Shown here piece after piece: positions 26,112-30,644 of a stretch of DNA of 30,644 nt (its first letter is position 1; the number at the start of each line of letters is the position of its first letter). The notes under the pieces were generated by a model, which was not told the origin of the DNA, made no database searches, and saw only the letters and a program-made list of their open reading frames with translations. This DNA is from a virus (taxonomy: Duplodnaviria > Caudoviricetes): positions 1 through 30,644 of the IMG/VR virus record IMGVR_UViG_3300025723_001334. The stretch is one strand, 5' to 3'. A program made the position numbers and the translations under genes.

Positions 26112-26557
26112 GCTTAGTCGCTAAACCAGTAATAGACAAACAGTTTTGGATTTTACAAAAAGATAATAACAAAGTAGGCAATATCGAAGCCTGCGATGGT
26201 GGATATCAAGTAAAAATCAATAATCAAGTAGTAGCACAATACAAATCCATTAAGTTAGTTGAGCGCAATATTAATGTAACTTTCGAAGAAGTTATTAAGA
26301 CTGAAAAGAAAAAATCATCAAACATAGTACATGGATACATTACCTCAGGTCGAGCTTACAATCCCATGTGGGATGTTCCACAAAAACTTCCAGTATATAC
26401 TAAAACAAAGAAAAGTAAAAGTTGGTATGCAGCTGGATGGTATATTGTAAAGAAAGGTCGTCACTGGGAAGCTGTGCAAGATCCCAAACTGATTTTATTG
26501 AATCGATATCCCTATCAGGGACCTTATCATACTAAACACGAGGCAGAACCTAAATGA
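26108..26557 (+). CDS. Hypothetical protein
   Basis: ATGA-coupled; 149 aa. Confidence 0.75.
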   Translation: MSLVAKPVIDKQFWILQKDNNKVGNIEACDGGYQVKINNQVVAQYKSIKLVERNINVTFEEVIKTEKKKSSNIVHGYITSGRAYNPMWDVPQKLPVYTKTKKSKSWYAAGWYIVKKGRHWEAVQDPKLILLNRYPYQGPYHTKHEAEPK

Positions 26558-26724
26558 AAAAATATTTGTTAATAAAAATAGAACCTGGCAAGTTTATCAA
26601 ACTACGCTATACTCAGCAGGAAAATGGTGAGTGGGTCAGCACTATGGCCAGCGAAACCATGCAGGATATCGAGCAGTTTTATCCTGATGTAGTGAAATTA
26701 ATACAAGAGGAGGAATCGAAATGA
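26554..26724 (+). CDS. 56-aa hypothetical protein
   Basis: MKKYLLIKIEPGKF...EEESK; ATGA overlaps at both ends; not in the ORF track. Confidence 0.65.
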   Translation: MKKYLLIKIEPGKFIKLRYTQQENGEWVSTMASETMQDIEQFYPDVVKLIQEEESK

Positions 26725-26903
26725 GAGGATGTAAAACATTTACAACACTATTAAGTGACTATTTTGATGCAAGAATTAATCATTATCACTTTACACAATC
26801 ACCAGGTACGCCGACAACGGACCAAGTTAATCGGTTGCTGGATAATATCAAATCATCAGAACTTGCGATTACAGAATGGGTTTCTAACGGAGATTTAAAA
26901 TGA
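26721..26903 (+). CDS. Hypothetical protein
   Basis: GGAGG RBS; ATGA-coupled. Confidence 0.65.
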   Translation: MRGCKTFTTLLSDYFDARINHYHFTQSPGTPTTDQVNRLLDNIKSSELAITEWVSNGDLK

Positions 26904-27181
26904 ATAAACCAAAAAGTACATACGTAATGCTTCGTGGCCCAGCAAAGGCAAAAAAACCAGATGGAACTGAGTCCGATTTCCTGCATATCACTATTAGGAA
27001 AAACGACGATGAATTGGACACCACAGGATATGAGTTCACAGAAATAATGAATGATAATATCGAAGTATGGACCGTGGTTGAAGAACAAACTTCATTGGTC
27101 GCAGAAAAAGCTCGTACACAGAAAGAACAATTGAAAGATTCGGTTGTGATCTATAAAGTTAATAAAGGAAATAAAACATGA
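26900..27181 (+). CDS. Hypothetical protein
   Basis: GGAG RBS; ATGA-coupled. Confidence 0.7.
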   Translation: MNKPKSTYVMLRGPAKAKKPDGTESDFLHITIRKNDDELDTTGYEFTEIMNDNIEVWTVVEEQTSLVAEKARTQKEQLKDSVVIYKVNKGNKT

Positions 27182-27552
27182 CAAATCCTTTTAGAGACCA
27201 AGATAAATTTATGACAGCCTGCGAACAAACTATCACAGGCATGAACGACGATCAGTTTAGAATGTACACTACATTGATTACTGAAGAATATACAGAATTA
27301 CAGGAAGCTATTGCCGCAGGTGATCCAGTCGAAACACTGGATGCATTAGTGGACATTCTAGTGGTTACTATCGGTGCTATCAATAGTATGGGTGCAGATG
27401 GAGAGGGCGCATGGCGTGAAGTTATGGCCACTAATTTTGCTAAAATTGATCGTCAATTGGGCAAGGTTCGTCGTAGAGAAGATGGAAAAATTCTCAAACC
27501 AGAAGGTTGGCAACCACCTAAGCTACAAAACTTTCTAAAGAGAGAACACTAA
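27178..27552 (+). CDS. MazG-like/all-alpha (d)NTP pyrophosphatase
   Basis: LITEEYTEL, ETLDALVDILVV, VMATNFAK, RREDGKILKP. Confidence 0.85.
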   Translation: MTNPFRDQDKFMTACEQTITGMNDDQFRMYTTLITEEYTELQEAIAAGDPVETLDALVDILVVTIGAINSMGADGEGAWREVMATNFAKIDRQLGKVRRREDGKILKPEGWQPPKLQNFLKREH

Positions 27553-27556
27553 TTTA

Positions 27557-27898
27557 ATGAAGACTATCATTGCCGGTAGCCGTGATATCACTGATTATAC
27601 AGTGGTATTGTCAGCTATTCTGTTATCTGAATTTAAGATAACAGAAGTAGTTGCCGGCGGTGCTCGTGGAGTTGACAAATTAGCGGAACGATTTGCAGCT
27701 GATATGCCTTTGCCTATAGTAATATTTTCAGCAGATTGGAATAATTATCTTCGTGCCGCAGGTATGATAAGAAATAGGCAAATGGCAGAATATGCAGATG
27801 CATTGATTGCAGTTTGGGATGGCAAAAGTCGTGGCACAAGAAATATGATTGACGAAGCTGCCCGTAAAAATTTAAAATTATTTGTTCACAAAATATGA
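27557..27898 (+). CDS. SLOG-superfamily (YspA-like) nucleotide-binding protein
   Basis: IIAGSR, VAGGARGVD, AGMIRNRQM, WDGKSRGT. Confidence 0.85.
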   Translation: MKTIIAGSRDITDYTVVLSAILLSEFKITEVVAGGARGVDKLAERFAADMPLPIVIFSADWNNYLRAAGMIRNRQMAEYADALIAVWDGKSRGTRNMIDEAARKNLKLFVHKI

Positions 27899-28104
27899 CA
27901 ATACATTTACAAAAGTTCATTGAACGAGTTCGTGGCAATGATGCAAGGGGTGGCAAAGATTTTGTCATGCCCATGAAAGATGCTAAGGGTATGGCCGCTG
28001 ATTTAACTGAGCTATTATTAGAACTTAGAACACTTAAAGAATCCACATTGCAATCACAAAAAGAAGAGGTTATCGAAGTTAAAATTTCAGGAGGTAAGTT
28101 TTAA
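27895..28104 (+). CDS. Hypothetical protein
   Basis: ATGA-coupled; 69 aa. Confidence 0.7.
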   Translation: MTIHLQKFIERVRGNDARGGKDFVMPMKDAKGMAADLTELLLELRTLKESTLQSQKEEVIEVKISGGKF

Positions 28105-28134
28105 TAGTTGTATATTATTGCTAAATAATATACT

Positions 28135-28419
28135 ATGTCGAGACCAAAGCCACAAATTTTAGCCGAATTAACGGATAAGCAATACAAATCTGAACAGATT
28201 TTAGCATCTGATGGAATATGGGCCGTTTATTTTAATGATAACCCTATTAATATAAAAACTGCCAATATATTAGTACAATATCCTGGTCCTAAATATAAAA
28301 AAGTTTCATTTAGTAATCCGGGACATGCAATTAATCTTGCTAAGAAACTTAACACACAATTTAAAACTGATAAATTTAGTGTGGTGTTACTTAAAGAGGG
28401 TGAGAAAGTATATCCTTAG
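28135..28419 (+). CDS. Hypothetical protein
   Basis: 94 aa; CTAAATA 7 nt upstream; no SD. Confidence 0.75.
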   Translation: MSRPKPQILAELTDKQYKSEQILASDGIWAVYFNDNPINIKTANILVQYPGPKYKKVSFSNPGHAINLAKKLNTQFKTDKFSVVLLKEGEKVYP

Positions 28420-28428
28420 TGACTCACC

Positions 28429-28806
28429 ATGCATGATAAACGGAAACTTACTGAAGAATTATATAAACATTTAGATTTTGATGATTTATCTATCGAAGGT
28501 TTATATAATATCATGTGGAAAAACATAAGAAGTGAGAGTGGGTTTCGTTTGACTTCCCAGGGATATACTTTATTAAGCAAACATTTAGATTTAGAACGTT
28601 ATACAATTAATTTTGATGTAGTAATAGTGCTTGGATCAAAAACTTTGCTAGATTTAGATCGTAAGTTAAAACATCCTTATTATATTGATCTCAAAAAATT
28701 TAACACTTCACTAGAGCAGGTTAGCTTAGTATTGTTTGACAGTAAAGAAGCTATGTTGGCTAATTTATACGGAGATTTGCATAAATTTCTTGACAATTAT
28801 AGTTAA
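28429..28806 (+). CDS. Hypothetical protein
   Basis: 125 aa. Confidence 0.7.
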   Translation: MHDKRKLTEELYKHLDFDDLSIEGLYNIMWKNIRSESGFRLTSQGYTLLSKHLDLERYTINFDVVIVLGSKTLLDLDRKLKHPYYIDLKKFNTSLEQVSLVLFDSKEAMLANLYGDLHKFLDNYS

Positions 28807-28836
28807 TGTAGCTTAGTGGGTAAAAGCAATAAACTC
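28802..28836 (+). pseudogene. Orphan tRNA 5' half
   Basis: GTTAATG-TA-GCTT-AGTGGGTAA-AAGC-A-ATAAA-CTC has exact tRNA spacing through the D arm to the anticodon loop, then stops. Confidence 0.45.
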
Positions 28837-28874
28837 TATTTTTCTTATAAATAAATGTAAGGAGAATCTAATAT

Positions 28875-29678
28875 ATGAGTTACCGAAATTATTGTAGTTG
28901 TTTGAATTGTAAAGATAAAATATCAACGAACAATATAAAAAAACATTATGATAGATGTTTGATTGAAGGTGCTAAATTTATAGGTAGAAAATATCAAGTA
29001 CCAGTAACATTACATTGTCAATATTGTGATTCATTAAGGAAAAATGAAAATTCATTACGACAACATGAGGTTAGGTGTAAATTTAATATTAATGCAATAA
29101 AAACTATCAAACCAATTAATTGCTCTATGTTTGGCAAAAAAGGAACAAATCAATTTACTAAAGCCAAAGAACTGGGATTACCTATACCTATTGTGAAAAA
29201 AGAAACAATAGTAAAGAGTATTGAAACCAGAAGAAAAAATGGAACTTTAAAAAGAACAGAGGAACAAAAAAAGAATACTTCAATAGCTATGAAAAAAGCC
29301 GTCGAGTTGCACCCAGAATCGTATACCTCGTCAAATCGTGGCAGAGTCAAACAGATTATTATAGACGGTATAAAACTGCTAGGACAATGGGAAGTAGATT
29401 TTTATTTGTGGGCAAAAGCTGCAGGATTAGATCCAAAGAGACCGACTATTGGATTTAAATATACATGGAACGGAGAAAGAACATATTTTCCAGACTTTTA
29501 TTTGCCAAGACTAAATGGATATGTAGAGGTAAAAGGCTACGAAACAGATAGAGATCAGGCAAAATGGAAATATTTTAGTGAAGCATTATATATAGTAAAA
29601 GAAAAAGAGATAAAGAATATAAGAAAAGGTAAATTTGAGGTTGACAACTTAAAAGATGTAAAGTATAATAATGATTAG
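28875..29678 (+). mobile_element. Putative free-standing homing endonuclease, PD-(D/E)xK type with Zn-finger N-terminus
   Basis: CLNC..H..C and CQYC..H..C fingers; C-terminal YFPDFYL...YVEVKG. Perfect T4-type late promoter TATAAATA 28846-53 and AAGGAG RBS. Confidence 0.75.
29641..29669 (+). promoter_or_regulatory. Perfect consensus sigma70 promoter for the tRNA/tmRNA
   Basis: TTGACA 29641-46, 17 nt, TATAAT 29664-69, inside the 3' end of the endonuclease ORF. Confidence 0.85.
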
Positions 29679-29686
29679 TAACAAAT

Positions 29687-29763
29687 AGGCCTTTAGTTTA
29701 GCGGTGAAAACACCCGACTCATAATCGGCGAGATCCTGAGTTCAAATCTCAGAGGGCCTACCA
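29687..29763 (+). tRNA. tRNA anticodon CAT, most likely tRNA-Ile2 (lysidine) rather than Met
   Basis: Acceptor AGGCCTT/AGGGCCT-A-CCA; anticodon arm CCGA-CTCATAA-TCGG; T loop GTTCAAATC. C4-G69 and C5-G68 pairs and GACTCATAATC are typical of Ile2. Confidence 0.9.
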
Positions 29764-29784
29764 TAGATTAATAAATAGTATTGA

Positions 29785-30170
29785 AGAATTGTTGTATGAA
29801 GTAAAGAGAAAAGTGTTCAAGACGAGGGTTCGATTCCCTCCAGCTCCACCAGAAAGAACTCTCCCAGGTGATCTGTAAGCCGAGGGAATTAGTAATATAT
29901 ACAAACAGCTAGGTATATATTATGAACTACAAGAGAGTTCTTCCTAATGGGGCTGACCAGGTTTCGATTGGGCAACAAGTAACTGCATGGACAACTCGAC
30001 ACAGATAGTCGTTAAAAGTAAAAAACCAATAAATGCTAACGCATCTAAAGGCGAAGTAACTGTATCAGCTGGCAAAGGAATTCGTTTCTCTGCTCGTGGT
30101 TCAGTGAAAGCTGAAACTTTCGCAGTTTAATCACTGGCGTAGTGGAACTATCCATAGTAACAGAAAATAG
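29785..30170 (+). ncRNA. ssrA: Circularly permuted two-piece tmRNA
   Basis: Normal tmRNA 3' end (GACGAGGGTTCGATTCCCTCCAGCTCCACCA, 29821-51) precedes the normal 5' end (GGGGCTGACCAGGTTTCGA, from 29949). G3-U70 Ala determinant. Intervening segment closed by AAGAACTCTC/GAGAGTTCTT. Tag frame 30035-30130. Outer ends are approximate. Confidence 0.9.
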
Positions 30171-30171
30171 T

Positions 30172-30197
30172 AGAACCCGCTTCGGCGGGTTTCTTTA
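30172..30197 (+). terminator. Rho-independent terminator
   Basis: AACCCGC-TTCG-GCGGGTT followed by TCTTT. Confidence 0.88.
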
Positions 30198-30208
30198 TGC
30201 CAAAATTA

Positions 30209-30237
30209 TTGACATCATTACACGTATAGCTTACAAT
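30209..30237 (+). promoter_or_regulatory. Sigma70-type promoter
   Basis: TTGACA 30209-14, 17 nt, TACAAT 30232-37. Confidence 0.75.
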
Positions 30238-30265
30238 AGCTATACTTAAACTCACAAAGAAAATC

Positions 30266-30644
30266 ATGCCTCATTTTTTAAAATCCGGTAACACTTACAA
30301 AGTAGCTTCAGAAGAAGCTATGGATATTCACCAAAAGTTACCTGCTGGTAACTATGTAATCAAGATTGACATGTTTGAAAACTTGTACCTTGAACACATT
30401 GACAGCTTTACGGTATCAGGAAAAATCTATGGTGATACACTAAAAAATACAGATCGTATCATCAATACATTCTGGGAACGACCTGGTTCTACCGGAGTTA
30501 TGCTAACCGGAGAGAAAGGGTCGGGGAAGACATTATTAAGTAAAAAGATCAGCATTGAGCTGGCTAAGCAGTCAGTGCCAACTATTGTTATCAATAACGC
30601 ATTCACTGGTGAAAAATTTAATACACTCTTACAAACTATCAGAC
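30266..30644 (+). CDS. AAA+ ATPase (3' truncated by window end)
   Basis: MPHFLKSGNTY...GVMLTGEKGSGKTLL Walker A motif; no stop before the window end. Confidence 0.85.
   Translation, partial: MPHFLKSGNTYKVASEEAMDIHQKLPAGNYVIKIDMFENLYLEHIDSFTVSGKIYGDTLKNTDRIINTFWERPGSTGVMLTGEKGSGKTLLSKKISIELAKQSVPTIVINNAFTGEKFNTLLQTIR

Noticed and set aside
591-29350. Numerous short minus-strand and out-of-frame ORFs in the ORF track
   Set aside because: They are shadows of well-supported + strand genes, with no motif or RBS. Only 14861..15463 is credible on the minus strand.
28837-29686. Group I intron splitting a tRNA anticodon loop
   Set aside because: No room for, or sign of, a group I core around the ORF, and no matching 3' tRNA half. 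The downstream tRNA is complete on its own.
29821-29851. Second tRNA or attP-like tRNA 3' fragment
   Set aside because: It pairs with GGGGCTG at 29949 and is explained as the acceptor piece of the permuted tmRNA.
1-30644. Alternative genetic code (stop-codon reassignment, seen in some large phages)
   Set aside because: Conserved genes are full length and densely packed under the standard code, and TAA, TGA and TAG all end genes.
1-30644. CRISPR array, integrase, reverse transcriptase/DGR
   Set aside because: No regularly spaced direct repeats and no corresponding protein motifs were seen.

Overview
AT-rich (roughly one-third GC) segment of a large T4-like/jumbo dsDNA phage genome, read in the standard genetic code and almost entirely on the + strand. 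From left to right it holds: putative head-internal proteins; a GT-B glycosyltransferase, DsbA-like protein, family B DNA polymerase and probable sliding clamp; a ~15 kb 7-deazaguanine/sugar cluster; RNase H-like 5'-3' exonuclease and many small ORFs; a tRNA(CAT); a circularly permuted two-piece tmRNA; and the start of an AAA+ ATPase. The cluster contains a TGT/DpdA-like transglycosylase, two oxidoreductases, a QueD-paralogue with the LxxxHRHxF motif, FolE, QueD, QueE, GT-B and GT-A glycosyltransferases, NDP-sugar dehydrogenase, epimerase, purine PRTase, cytidylyltransferase and a MazG-like protein. No QueC is present in the window. Two free-standing homing endonucleases are also present. Best candidate for a new system: a possibly glycosylated 7-deazaguanine DNA hypermodification pathway. 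One glycosyltransferase and the transglycosylase carry polymerase-like C-terminal putative clamp-binding peptides, and queD is preceded by a preQ1-I-like pseudoknot leader. All calls come from motifs read by eye; no database searches were run.
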